From the IMG/VR virus record IMGVR_UViG_3300022602_000034: 32,918 bases of DNA. One strand, 5' to 3'. Source of the stretch: an uncultured virus (IMG/VR IMGVR_UViG_3300022602_000034) (taxonomy: Duplodnaviria; Heunggongvirae; Uroviricota; Caudoviricetes). A model generated the notes under the pieces. The model was not told the DNA's origin. It saw only the letters and a program-made list of their open reading frames with translations, and searched no databases. Both the position numbers and the translations under genes were made by a program. This document shows, in pieces, positions 17,946 through 26,371 of the stretch; positions within the stretch are counted from its first letter, which is position 1, and each line of letters starts with the position of its first letter.

Positions 17946-20003
17946 TTAATCTACTTGTATTTTTAAGATGTTTGAAAGAGGTTGTTGTTGTGGAATTGTT
18001 GTTCCATTAGTCAACGTAGTTGTTGCGGTGTTATTTACAAATGATCCCATCAATGTTTCACTTGATGCGGTACCTGCTTGTGCTCTAACGTTTACACCAA
18101 TGCGTACCCACAATGTACCATCATATCTGTATAAAATATTAGGCAAATAGTCAGTACGTAAGAAATAATCACCTACACTTGGATTAGTTGGGAATGTGAT
18201 TCCTGATCCAGTTGGCAATCCATTTGGAGCAGTACCATCGCCAATCAGGTAACCGTTTGTATAACCAAATCCTTGCGGAGTAAATTGTTTGATATATGTA
18301 AAGTCTGGATCAGCGTCAGCACGATAATCCATAACGTTTTGTTGTATTGGATTGCCCTTAAAACTTGAACCTAATGTAATTGTTGCACCAACCGGAATAT
18401 TTGCAATTGTTGGCTTGCTAATTGAAATCGTATTTGCAACAGAATCATATCCTGCTAGTAATGTGCCCGGAGCAAATGCGTCAATCAGTGTGGTTGTACC
18501 GTCAGTTAATGATAATGAAGCATTGATATCCAAATCCAATGAACCTATTTCATCATAATATGTGTCTAAATTCAATGGATCAATAGCTTGTTGTACATGT
18601 AATGTAGCTGATCCAGTTGGGATAGCTTGTGCTGCTATCAAATAAACACTTGGGTATTGATCGGTATAAGAATAAGTGTTGTCTGCTGTACCGTATGGTT
18701 CAGTAATCACACTTGTTGCTTGAAGTTTTAATACAGGGGTTGATTCAACTAATCCAGAACCAGTATCGGTTCTTTCGGGAAGAATTTCTGCTTGTTGTAG
18801 GTTAACTTTAACAAATTCATGTAATGCAACTATATCATCTTCTGTTAGTTTAAATAATTCTTTACGTGCCGCAGCGCCAATACGTATTGCTGGACTAGGA
18901 TTTTTATATTTAGGATTGTAGACTAATGCTAGTTCTCCCCTAATTGGAGTAGGACTATTTGGATTACTTAAAATTCTAACTGGATTAGCAGGTTGACTTC
19001 CTCGTGCATCAACTGTTGGAACAAGATATAATTGACTTCTATCATATCCATTCTTAGGAACAAGTCTAGCAGCTTCGGCAATTGCAGCATCATTGATAGC
19101 AATGTTTGTGTTGTAGCGACTGATAATGTCTGATAATGCATCGGCAGTGTCTAGTTGCCACATTGGTGTGAAATATGTTGTATTAGTTACCGGTGTTCCT
19201 TCGGGCGGTGTTCCATTTACCATATAAGTAATACCATTTTCAGTGACCATACTACCATTGCTATATGTTGATGTGGTTGAATATGCGGTACCGGTACAAG
19301 GTGTACCTGCTGGAATATTACCTAGAGTAGTGTATGTTTTGTCTCCATATGTAACAGTATAACCCGAAACATAAGTAGAACTACTATTCCAATTACCAAG
19401 ATAGTTATCTTTGTTGATTGGTTGACTTAGTATTGTACTAAATTCTTGACTATCAACTAATGGTTCACATTTGATACGCCATAAATGAGGATACCATGTT
19501 TGTGTAAACCCTTCACTGGCAAAGTTAGAATCTGTTATCTGGTAGTATCTACGTAAACCAATTGGCAACGTATCATTTAACGGATGGTAGTCTATTAAGT
19601 GTGGAAGTTCAAATACGTCACCAACCATTAATTTACGACCCACGGTATCAATCATGTCATTATAATGAACTGTGATAAAGATAATGTCGTTGTTTAAAAA
19701 CAATCCAAATTGACTTAAATCAAAATCTAAGTTTTGTACATTATAATGTCCACGCAATATATAAATGTCAGGTGCGTAGGTTCTATCACGGTTTTCTAAG
19801 AACAACAAATCCTGTATCTTAGTAGGATCAAGATTGGTATTTTGAGGTTGGGTAGAGTCTGTACTTGTTCCCTGATTAGAGGGTCCCAAATATTTGTGAA
19901 TGTATAAATCTGTGGCCCCGACGGTAAACATCTCCTTGATTGATCTATCAAGGAACTTGTAATCGTTAGATTTGGTTGGCCTGTAAAGTGAGAGTCTTGG
20001 CAT
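17946..20003 (-). CDS. gp14: Head closure / neck protein (T4 gp14-like) with long extension
   Basis: IQDLLFLENRDR...DLSQFGLF...GDVFELPH...LWRIKC; CBM5/12-like repeats; CATAAATA at 20024-20031 on the minus strand. Confidence 0.65.
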   Translation of the reverse strand: MPRLSLYRPTKSNDYKFLDRSIKEMFTVGATDLYIHKYLGPSNQGTSTDSTQPQNTNLDPTKIQDLLFLENRDRTYAPDIYILRGHYNVQNLDFDLSQFGLFLNNDIIFITVHYNDMIDTVGRKLMVGDVFELPHLIDYHPLNDTLPIGLRRYYQITDSNFASEGFTQTWYPHLWRIKCEPLVDSQEFSTILSQPINKDNYLGNWNSSSTYVSGYTVTYGDKTYTTLGNIPAGTPCTGTAYSTTSTYSNGSMVTENGITYMVNGTPPEGTPVTNTTYFTPMWQLDTADALSDIISRYNTNIAINDAAIAEAARLVPKNGYDRSQLYLVPTVDARGSQPANPVRILSNPNSPTPIRGELALVYNPKYKNPSPAIRIGAAARKELFKLTEDDIVALHEFVKVNLQQAEILPERTDTGSGLVESTPVLKLQATSVITEPYGTADNTYSYTDQYPSVYLIAAQAIPTGSATLHVQQAIDPLNLDTYYDEIGSLDLDINASLSLTDGTTTLIDAFAPGTLLAGYDSVANTISISKPTIANIPVGATITLGSSFKGNPIQQNVMDYRADADPDFTYIKQFTPQGFGYTNGYLIGDGTAPNGLPTGSGITFPTNPSVGDYFLRTDYLPNILYRYDGTLWVRIGVNVRAQAGTASSETLMGSFVNNTATTTLTNGTTIPQQQPLSNILKIQVD

Positions 20004-20054
20004 AGTTTGATCCAATTATCTTGTATTTATGACTAAAGTATTACCATAAAACAC

Positions 20055-20083
20055 TTGACAACAAATAGATTCTCATATATAAT
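20055..20083 (+). promoter_or_regulatory. Perfect sigma70 consensus (early) promoter
   Basis: TTGACA (20055-20060), 17 nt, TATAAT (20078-20083). Confidence 0.9.
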
Positions 20084-20108
20084 TGATACATTGTTAATAG
20101 GAGCACAC

Positions 20109-21266
20109 ATGGCAACTCGCAAGCCGAAACTTACAGGCGATCACTTTGTTAAAGCACTGAACCCAAAACATGCTGATACAAAATACACAGGGGACGAACC
20201 GTTCTTCCCCCTACAACCTGAGGATTCAGATAGAACAATTGCATTGACTAGGGCATTTACCTGGTATCATCACTTCTATAGCAAAAAAGACGCAAAAGAA
20301 CTATTGTGCCAATATCTAGAATTAAACAATAGAACAGACGAAGCAAAGAAGTTACGCCGTGTGCATGAAAGTGAATTCCTGATGACACTTTGTTGGCTTG
20401 CACGTATGAATTTACGCGGGCTTGAGTTGTCAGATCATGAAGATTTAACCCTAGAAAATGAAATTAGCAGACTGTCTAAACTTATAAACAAGCCTGAGGT
20501 CATTGAAAAAGAAGAAAAACTTATTAATCGTCCCAATATTCAAGAATTATTGCGTGAAAAAGCACGTGAGGCTGCAGGTGAGTTAGAAGGATTGTTTGAC
20601 GAGTTTATCACTTTAGGTAAAGCAAGTCAAAAGCCAATTGATGTTGTTGCCAAACTAAATATTGTCCCCCAACAAATCCCCTACATTGTAGAATTCTGGA
20701 AGCGTAAACAGAATGAATTTGAAGTGTTGAGCGAGGGTAAAGATAGTGATATCAAAGAAGCATATAGTTTCTTGGGTAAGATTCAGGTTCGCAACATTCT
20801 TAAATTTATCGAGAGTGTCATCGGTGACCTGAACAGTTATATTTCTGTCAAAAAAGCAAGTAAAGCTCCTCGTAAACGCAAAGCAGTGCCTGTTGAAAAG
20901 ATTGTTGCTAAACTCAAATACTTGAAGGAATTCAAAGATGCAGTCAATAAACTTGACCTCGTATCAGTACACCCTACTAAATTACACGGAGCTAGTGAAG
21001 CATGGGTTTACGACACAGCAAAGCGTAAACTTCACCACTATATCGCCGATGAATACTCAAAGAGTTTCACGGTCAAAGGCAACGCTTTACTTGGTTTTGA
21101 CACAAATATTTCCGAAATCAAAACTCTTAGAAAGCCAGGTGAGCAAATTAAGGAAGTCATGGGTTCTAAGCCTGCCGCAAGAAAGTATTTCAAAGACATT
21201 AAAGCAGTCAGTGCGACTCCTAATGGCCGATTCAACGAGAATATGCTAATCCTGCGATGTTTTTGA
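20109..21266 (+). CDS. Hypothetical early protein
   Basis: AGGAG SD before ATG 20109; 385 aa with a basic C-terminal domain; no family recognised. Confidence 0.8.
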   Translation: MATRKPKLTGDHFVKALNPKHADTKYTGDEPFFPLQPEDSDRTIALTRAFTWYHHFYSKKDAKELLCQYLELNNRTDEAKKLRRVHESEFLMTLCWLARMNLRGLELSDHEDLTLENEISRLSKLINKPEVIEKEEKLINRPNIQELLREKAREAAGELEGLFDEFITLGKASQKPIDVVAKLNIVPQQIPYIVEFWKRKQNEFEVLSEGKDSDIKEAYSFLGKIQVRNILKFIESVIGDLNSYISVKKASKAPRKRKAVPVEKIVAKLKYLKEFKDAVNKLDLVSVHPTKLHGASEAWVYDTAKRKLHHYIADEYSKSFTVKGNALLGFDTNISEIKTLRKPGEQIKEVMGSKPAARKYFKDIKAVSATPNGRFNENMLILRCF

Positions 21267-21282
21267 TTGACAAGGTGTAATA

Positions 21283-21492
21283 ATGAACGAAGCTGAAAAC
21301 ACTTTTAGGACACTAAAGGAAGAACCACTACTTATTAAAAGTGTGTGGTGCTACTTGGGTTTACATAGGTGGACTCAGTGGAGTAAGCCCATGAATCGTA
21401 TTGAGGGCGCATACAATGTTGACTTGCAAACTAGGACCTGTAGTTGTTGCAATCAGTATAGTGTTAAAGTTTTGAGAAAGACATATAGATGA
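21283..21492 (+). CDS. Small hypothetical protein, possible Zn ribbon
   Basis: CYLGLHRW...RTCSCC; ATGA-coupled to the next gene. Confidence 0.65.
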   Translation: MNEAENTFRTLKEEPLLIKSVWCYLGLHRWTQWSKPMNRIEGAYNVDLQTRTCSCCNQYSVKVLRKTYR

Positions 21493-21776
21493 ACGAACTG
21501 ATTAAAAAACTTGCCGAACAGGCTTCCAATGAATACCTGTCGGAAATGGAACCTGTAACAGATACATTGTCAACCGCAAAGCGTAATGAACTTGCTCAAA
21601 AAGCAAAACAAGCAGGGATTGGTATCATTCCGCATGGCTTTAGTGAAAAGTTCGCCGAGTTGATTGTGCAGGAATGTATGGAGCAGGTTTGGTATACTCG
21701 TGAAGATGGTATCAATGGCAATATTTCCCAAGTTATCAAAGACAGGATTAAAGAACATTTTGGAGTTGAAGAATGA
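21489..21776 (+). CDS. Hypothetical protein
   Basis: MNELIKKLAEQA...EKFAELIVQEC...IKEHFGVE; coupled on both sides. Confidence 0.75.
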   Translation: MNELIKKLAEQASNEYLSEMEPVTDTLSTAKRNELAQKAKQAGIGIIPHGFSEKFAELIVQECMEQVWYTREDGINGNISQVIKDRIKEHFGVEE

Positions 21777-21988
21777 TTGATCCTAGATCACAGGAAGAAA
21801 AATTAGCAAGAATGGATGAGTTGATGAAGCCAATTGAGCAACAACTTATGATGTGTGATGACTATAAAGACCAGTTAATGATGGCTAGTTCTATGATGGT
21901 CACTGCTTGCGACTTATTTACTCAACATATGGGTACAGAAAGTGCGAAGGAAATGTTTACAATTTTTATGGAGAGAAATTTCAAATGA
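21773..21988 (+). CDS. Hypothetical protein
   Basis: GGAG SD; ATGA coupling. Confidence 0.7.
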   Translation: MIDPRSQEEKLARMDELMKPIEQQLMMCDDYKDQLMMASSMMVTACDLFTQHMGTESAKEMFTIFMERNFK

Positions 21989-22422
21989 CAAATCAAGTTG
22001 ATTTAACAAAATATCAGGGGTTCGTTGAGGCAGTTACTAGTCAGGCTAGTAATGACTTAACAACATTTATGAATCGCTTAGATTACCTAGATGGTAACTA
22101 TGTTGAAAACGAGGGACATGGACCTGATATCAATGTCCCGTTGCTTATCACTGCATGTATGGGTCTTGCCGCAGAAAGTGGCGAGTTCATTGAAGTGCCC
22201 AAGAAAATCATTTTTCAGGGTAAGCCGCTTGATGACGCAGCAGTATTTCACATGAAGCGTGAGTTGGGTGATGTAATGTGGTACTGGATCAATGCATGTC
22301 GTGCATTGAATCTTGACCCTAACGAAGTTATTGCAGAGAATGTTAAGAAACTAGAAAGTCGCTATCCAGGTGGCACTTTTGATGTTCACTATTCTGAAAA
22401 TCGTCAACAGGGTGATTTGTAA
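21985..22422 (+). CDS. mazG: MazG-like nucleotide pyrophosphohydrolase
   Basis: GLAAESGEFIEVPKK...KRELGDVMWY...NVKKLESRYP; GGAG SD before ATG 21985. Confidence 0.92.
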   Translation: MTNQVDLTKYQGFVEAVTSQASNDLTTFMNRLDYLDGNYVENEGHGPDINVPLLITACMGLAAESGEFIEVPKKIIFQGKPLDDAAVFHMKRELGDVMWYWINACRALNLDPNEVIAENVKKLESRYPGGTFDVHYSENRQQGDL

Positions 22423-23009
22423 TGGCAAAAATTGATAAAAGTGTCAAAATAAAAAATCTAAAAACAGGATTAAAGTCATCCATAGTACCCTCACAAGCAA
22501 AAGGGAATGAGGGGAACGTGGGTAAATGGTATGAGATCCAGCTTAAGGAGAATGGGTTTCCTATGAATTCAAAACATGGTATAGATATACCTGATTTGGG
22601 ATTAGAAGTTAAAACCAGAAAACTAGGTAGCAAAGCCCATCATACTACAGGTAACATGACGTACAATAATATTGTCAATACGCCTTATAAAGAATCTACT
22701 ATTTTTCAAAAACTACAACAGCAAAATCGTATGGAATACGATAATGATTTAAACACAATTGTAGAAGAAACAGTTTATGATTTTAGAGACCCGGAGATTC
22801 AAAAGAAGATTGAAGAATCTTACGAAAACGGCAGAAGGCTTCTACGTGAAGCCGGCGGTGTCGTTGAGGGTACTGTTGTAGGCGGTGAGTATGGAGTCTT
22901 TGAATACAAAGAAGGCAATAGTTACGCACACCGAATTCCCGATTCAGGGATGAGAAAACTTAAAGGCATGTCAAAATCTGTAGTTAATGACATCTTTAAA
23001 TTTGAATAA
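22422..23009 (+). CDS. PD-(D/E)XK restriction-endonuclease-like protein (MutH/Sau3AI-like signature)
   Basis: GNVGKWYE...GIDIPDLGLEVKT. Confidence 0.65.
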   Translation: MAKIDKSVKIKNLKTGLKSSIVPSQAKGNEGNVGKWYEIQLKENGFPMNSKHGIDIPDLGLEVKTRKLGSKAHHTTGNMTYNNIVNTPYKESTIFQKLQQQNRMEYDNDLNTIVEETVYDFRDPEIQKKIEESYENGRRLLREAGGVVEGTVVGGEYGVFEYKEGNSYAHRIPDSGMRKLKGMSKSVVNDIFKFE

Positions 23010-23029
23010 ACACAATTAAATTTATTAGT

Positions 23030-23400
23030 CTATAGGTGTCCCAGTACCTTGAAATATGGCTATAACCCGTCCTAACCACAGTGACGGTAGAGTGATGACG
23101 ACTAACATCTAATTTATAGGACTACCCATTTGGATGCCTAAACGCCTTGCCGCTGCAAGTAACGTTTCCTATATCTTAACGGTTGAAAGTTTGCCGAGTC
23201 ATGGTAATTGCGATAGAGGGCTCGGGCTGGATAACACTTCCCGATGAATCATGTGTTATCATAACAGCGAATGCAGCAAATTCCCTTTATGGGTTAGTGA
23301 GACATAGACAATCCTCCACTGTAATATTTGAATTCATCGTCGCCTAAGTTCCTCAAGAATGTTTTGGTGTGGTAGGTTTATATCTACTCGCCATTGCCTA
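23030..23400. ncRNA. Candidate large structured non-coding RNA
   Basis: The only long ORF-free gap in the window; visibly richer in G+C than other spacers; several complementary segments, including a possible pseudoknot. Confidence 0.5.
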
Positions 23401-23446
23401 AGAATATATAAAACAACTCCGAATCAAATGAACCCATAGAATTTCC

Positions 23447-23454
23447 GATAAATA
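23447..23454 (+). promoter_or_regulatory. Late promoter GATAAATA
   Basis: Recurring motif upstream of the neck gene. Confidence 0.6.
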
Positions 23455-23472
23455 ATGTATCCGGAGAGTATA

Positions 23473-24225
23473 ATGAACCTACAAGAATTAAAAGATCAAT
23501 TATTTCAAAACCTAAGATATCGTATGGGTGAAGGTATAGTTGATATTGAAGCAGACCCAGAACATTTTGAAGCAGCATATCAATATGCCATTAAGATTTA
23601 CCGTCAAAGAGCACAAAATGCTACTATGGAATCATACACATTAATGAGCCTACAGGAGCATGTTGATACATATACCCTACCACAAGAATTTATCAATGTC
23701 CGTCAAGTTTTCCGTAGAACAATTGGTTTAGAAACTGGACCTAGTTCTAGTAGCTTTGATCCATTCTCCAGTGCTATCTTAAACACATACCTATTGAATT
23801 ATAACTACAGTGGTGGTTTAGCTACATACGATTTCTATGCAGGATATATTGAATTAGCTGCACGTATGTTCGGTGGCTATATGATTTATACCTTTAACCC
23901 TGTCACTAAACAGATTCGTTTAGTTAGAGATACAAAGGGTTCAGGTGAACAGATTCTTGTGTGGGCTGATATACAACGCCCTGAAGCTGAACTATTACAA
24001 GATCCGGGTGCAGGTGTTTGGTTGGGTGACTTTACATTATCAACTATCAAAATGATTATCGGTGAAGCACGTGAAAAATTTGGTTCTATTGCTGGCCCAA
24101 GTGGAGGAACCACATTGAATGGCACCGCACTAAAAGCTGAAGGTCTAGCACAACAAAATCAACTATTAGAAGATTTGAAACGCTATGTTGACTATTCACA
24201 ACCACTAACATGGGTCATTGGATAA
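23473..24225 (+). CDS. gp13: Neck / head-tail adaptor protein (T4 gp13-like)
   Basis: LRYRMGEGIVDIE...GEAREKFGSIAGPSGGTTLNG; GGAG SD before ATG 23473. Confidence 0.8.
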   Translation: MNLQELKDQLFQNLRYRMGEGIVDIEADPEHFEAAYQYAIKIYRQRAQNATMESYTLMSLQEHVDTYTLPQEFINVRQVFRRTIGLETGPSSSSFDPFSSAILNTYLLNYNYSGGLATYDFYAGYIELAARMFGGYMIYTFNPVTKQIRLVRDTKGSGEQILVWADIQRPEAELLQDPGAGVWLGDFTLSTIKMIIGEAREKFGSIAGPSGGTTLNGTALKAEGLAQQNQLLEDLKRYVDYSQPLTWVIG

Positions 24226-24226
24226 T

Positions 24227-25414
24227 ATGAGAGCAAGTGAGTTCATTGTTGAGTATAAGCAATATCCTTTGGAAGAGTTTGAGGGTATCAATATGAAACT
24301 TAAAGTAGACAACCATGAGTTGATTCTGCAGGCTCTTGACGACTGGGGTAACAAAGTACTAGGTCATGTTAGAATGAACATAGGTGATGGTAGTGAATTA
24401 GACCCGCAGGATTTGCAAGTTGACGAACGCTATCGAGGTCAAGGTATAGCAAGAGTGATGTATGATTATCTTAAATCTAAAGGATATGAAATACATCGTA
24501 GCCCAGACCAAACTGATGACGGTAAACATTTTTGGGACAAGAACCGCGGTGAAGAAGGTAATGTTTGGGAAGATGTCTTCGGTTCAAAAGCGCCAAAGCA
24601 ATTTGAACCTCTGAAAGAGTTTGAGGAAAATAATCTAAAACTAGAACCCGAACCGTATGAAGGTTGGACTGGCGAAGGTATTATTGTTCGTGCGTATTTG
24701 AGTGATAAAGAAGTAGGGCATGTAATCTTTGAACCTACAGAAGATGATGAAACACAATGGTATGCAGTTGATGTTGAAGTAGATGACAACTATCAGCGTA
24801 AAGGTATTGCTACATCTATGTATAACTTGGCTAAGAATATTGCTAAAAAGCGTGGTATAATTATTGTTCGTAGTCATGCACAAAGTCAAGCCGGTCAAGG
24901 TCTTTGGCAAGATAAAAAAGTTTGGGAAGATGTACCTAAACCTGGACCAAGTTCAGGAGCGCCAAAGCAATTTGGACCTGACGCAAAGATAGAAACTCGC
25001 CAAATGACTGTAAAGCAATTAATCTCGTCAGTACCAGGCTTGCCCTACTACAACAATGTAGTTGATGATTGGGATGCTAAGGACTACAGTTGGGGAGTTA
25101 CTAAGAAGGTAATAGAATACGCAACTTATCTAAAAGAACATCCAGAGAGTTTGTCAAAGTTGCCACCCATAATAGTATTGAACGGCAAGTTTGAAGATGG
25201 CGCACATAGAGTGTCTGCTATATGGTTGCTACAACAAAGAATGGATCCTAAAAATCCACTGTGGTCAAATGCCAAACTAAATGTTCAATTCGTTACTCAA
25301 AATATCAACGAATCATTTCTAATATTGGTGAGAAAAATGGTTTCTTTGGTAAGAAACACACAGATGAACAACGACAAAGAAAAAGAACCGAAAAACTTTT
25401 ATTTCCTAAAATAA
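24227..25414 (+). CDS. Modular protein: two GNAT acetyltransferase domains plus a ParB/Srx-like domain
   Basis: VDERYRGQGIA and VDDNYQRKGIA (GNAT motif A); PPIIV...DGAHR; N-terminus MRASEFIVE. The last ~32 aa are probably read-through into a remnant. Confidence 0.8.
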   Translation: MRASEFIVEYKQYPLEEFEGINMKLKVDNHELILQALDDWGNKVLGHVRMNIGDGSELDPQDLQVDERYRGQGIARVMYDYLKSKGYEIHRSPDQTDDGKHFWDKNRGEEGNVWEDVFGSKAPKQFEPLKEFEENNLKLEPEPYEGWTGEGIIVRAYLSDKEVGHVIFEPTEDDETQWYAVDVEVDDNYQRKGIATSMYNLAKNIAKKRGIIIVRSHAQSQAGQGLWQDKKVWEDVPKPGPSSGAPKQFGPDAKIETRQMTVKQLISSVPGLPYYNNVVDDWDAKDYSWGVTKKVIEYATYLKEHPESLSKLPPIIVLNGKFEDGAHRVSAIWLLQQRMDPKNPLWSNAKLNVQFVTQNINESFLILVRKMVSLVRNTQMNNDKEKEPKNFYFLK

Positions 25415-25503
25415 AATGTTATCATTGTAGCAAAGAAATTGACAGCATGAACTATGCTAGATGGCATGGGGATAAATGTAAAAATAAAAAGGAAAATATA
25501 TGA
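25312..25503 (+). pseudogene. NUMOD3 / Zn-finger C-terminal remnant of a homing endonuclease
   Basis: GEKNGFFGKKHTDEQR...KIKCYHCSKE...RWHGDKCK; no catalytic domain upstream. Confidence 0.7.
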
Positions 25504-25758
25504 TTGTCGGTGTGTGTGGTTTCATCGGTAGNNNNNNNNNNNNNNNNNNNNNNNNNNNNNNNNNNNNNNNNNNNNNNNNNNNNNNNNNNNNNNNNNNNNN
25601 NNNNNNNNNNNNNNNNNNNNNNNNNNNNNNNCCTAAAATAAAATGTTATCATTGTAGCAAAGAAATTGACAGCATGAACTATGCTAGATGGCATGGGGAT
25701 AAATGTAAAAATAAAAAGGAAAATATATGATTGTCGGTGTGTGTGGTTTCATCGGTAG
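25405..25758. other. Scaffold gap (100 N) flanked by an exact 127-bp duplication
   Basis: 25405-25531 is identical to 25632-25758; Ns at 25532-25631. Confidence 0.9.
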
Positions 25759-26371
25759 TGGTAAAGATACGATTGCAGACTATCTTTGCACACATCATAA
25801 GTTTAAGCGCATTAGTTTTGCAGCCAGTCTTAAAGATGCAGTAGCATCAATCTTTGGTTGGGACAGAGAATTACTAGAGGGAACGACAAAAAGCAGTCGT
25901 CAATGGCGTGAACAAGTAGATCCTTGGTGGAGTGAACGATTAGGTAAAGATATCACGCCCCGTTGGATACTACAATATTGGGGCACAGAAGTCTGTCGTC
26001 AGGGCTTTCACGATGATATCTGGGTAGCAAGCGTGGAGAATAAACTACGCCAAGCAAAGGACGATATTGTCATCACCGACTGTCGTTTTGCTAACGAGAT
26101 TAAAGCCATCAAAGATGCAGGTGGCATTACAGTACGAGTATCTAGGGGAGACGACCCTGAATGGTACAGTTCAGCGGTGGAATATAACAAGGGACCTAAC
26201 GGTAACCCCATGTGGGCGTTGAGCAAAGCTAAACTAGACAAACTAAAAGTACATGCCAGTGAGTATTCTAGTGTTGGATTGAAGTATGATTATTATTTGG
26301 ACAACAACGGAACAATTGATGAACTACACAATCATATTAGTCAACTGTTAGATCACCACGACGCCACGTAA
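25727..26371 (+). CDS. gp1: Deoxynucleoside monophosphate kinase (T4 gp1-like)
   Basis: P-loop GFIGSGKDT, FAASLK, PRWILQYWGTE, ITDCRFANE, HASE. Confidence 0.92.
   Translation: MIVGVCGFIGSGKDTIADYLCTHHKFKRISFAASLKDAVASIFGWDRELLEGTTKSSRQWREQVDPWWSERLGKDITPRWILQYWGTEVCRQGFHDDIWVASVENKLRQAKDDIVITDCRFANEIKAIKDAGGITVRVSRGDDPEWYSSAVEYNKGPNGNPMWALSKAKLDKLKVHASEYSSVGLKYDYYLDNNGTIDELHNHISQLLDHHDAT

Noticed and set aside
20055..20108. TTG start at 20055 for the 403-aa ORF
   Set aside because: That TTG is the -35 box of the promoter. ATG 20109 has an AGGAG SD.
23030..23400. tmRNA, canonical RNase P RNA, group I intron or tRNA
   Set aside because: No tRNA-like ends or terminating tag ORF; the RNase P GAGGAAAGUCC and ACAGAA elements are only loosely matched; no clear P7 pair or interrupted host gene; no cloverleaf.
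23384..23578. 64-aa minus-strand ORF entering the non-coding gap
   Set aside because: It is mostly antisense to the gp13-like gene and its promoter, with no recognisable features.
25405..25758. 127-bp direct repeat around the N run as a biological duplication or insertion site
   Set aside because: An exact overlap flanking exactly 100 Ns is typical of unmerged contig ends. The ORFs 25500-25730 and 25452-25694 are artefacts of it.
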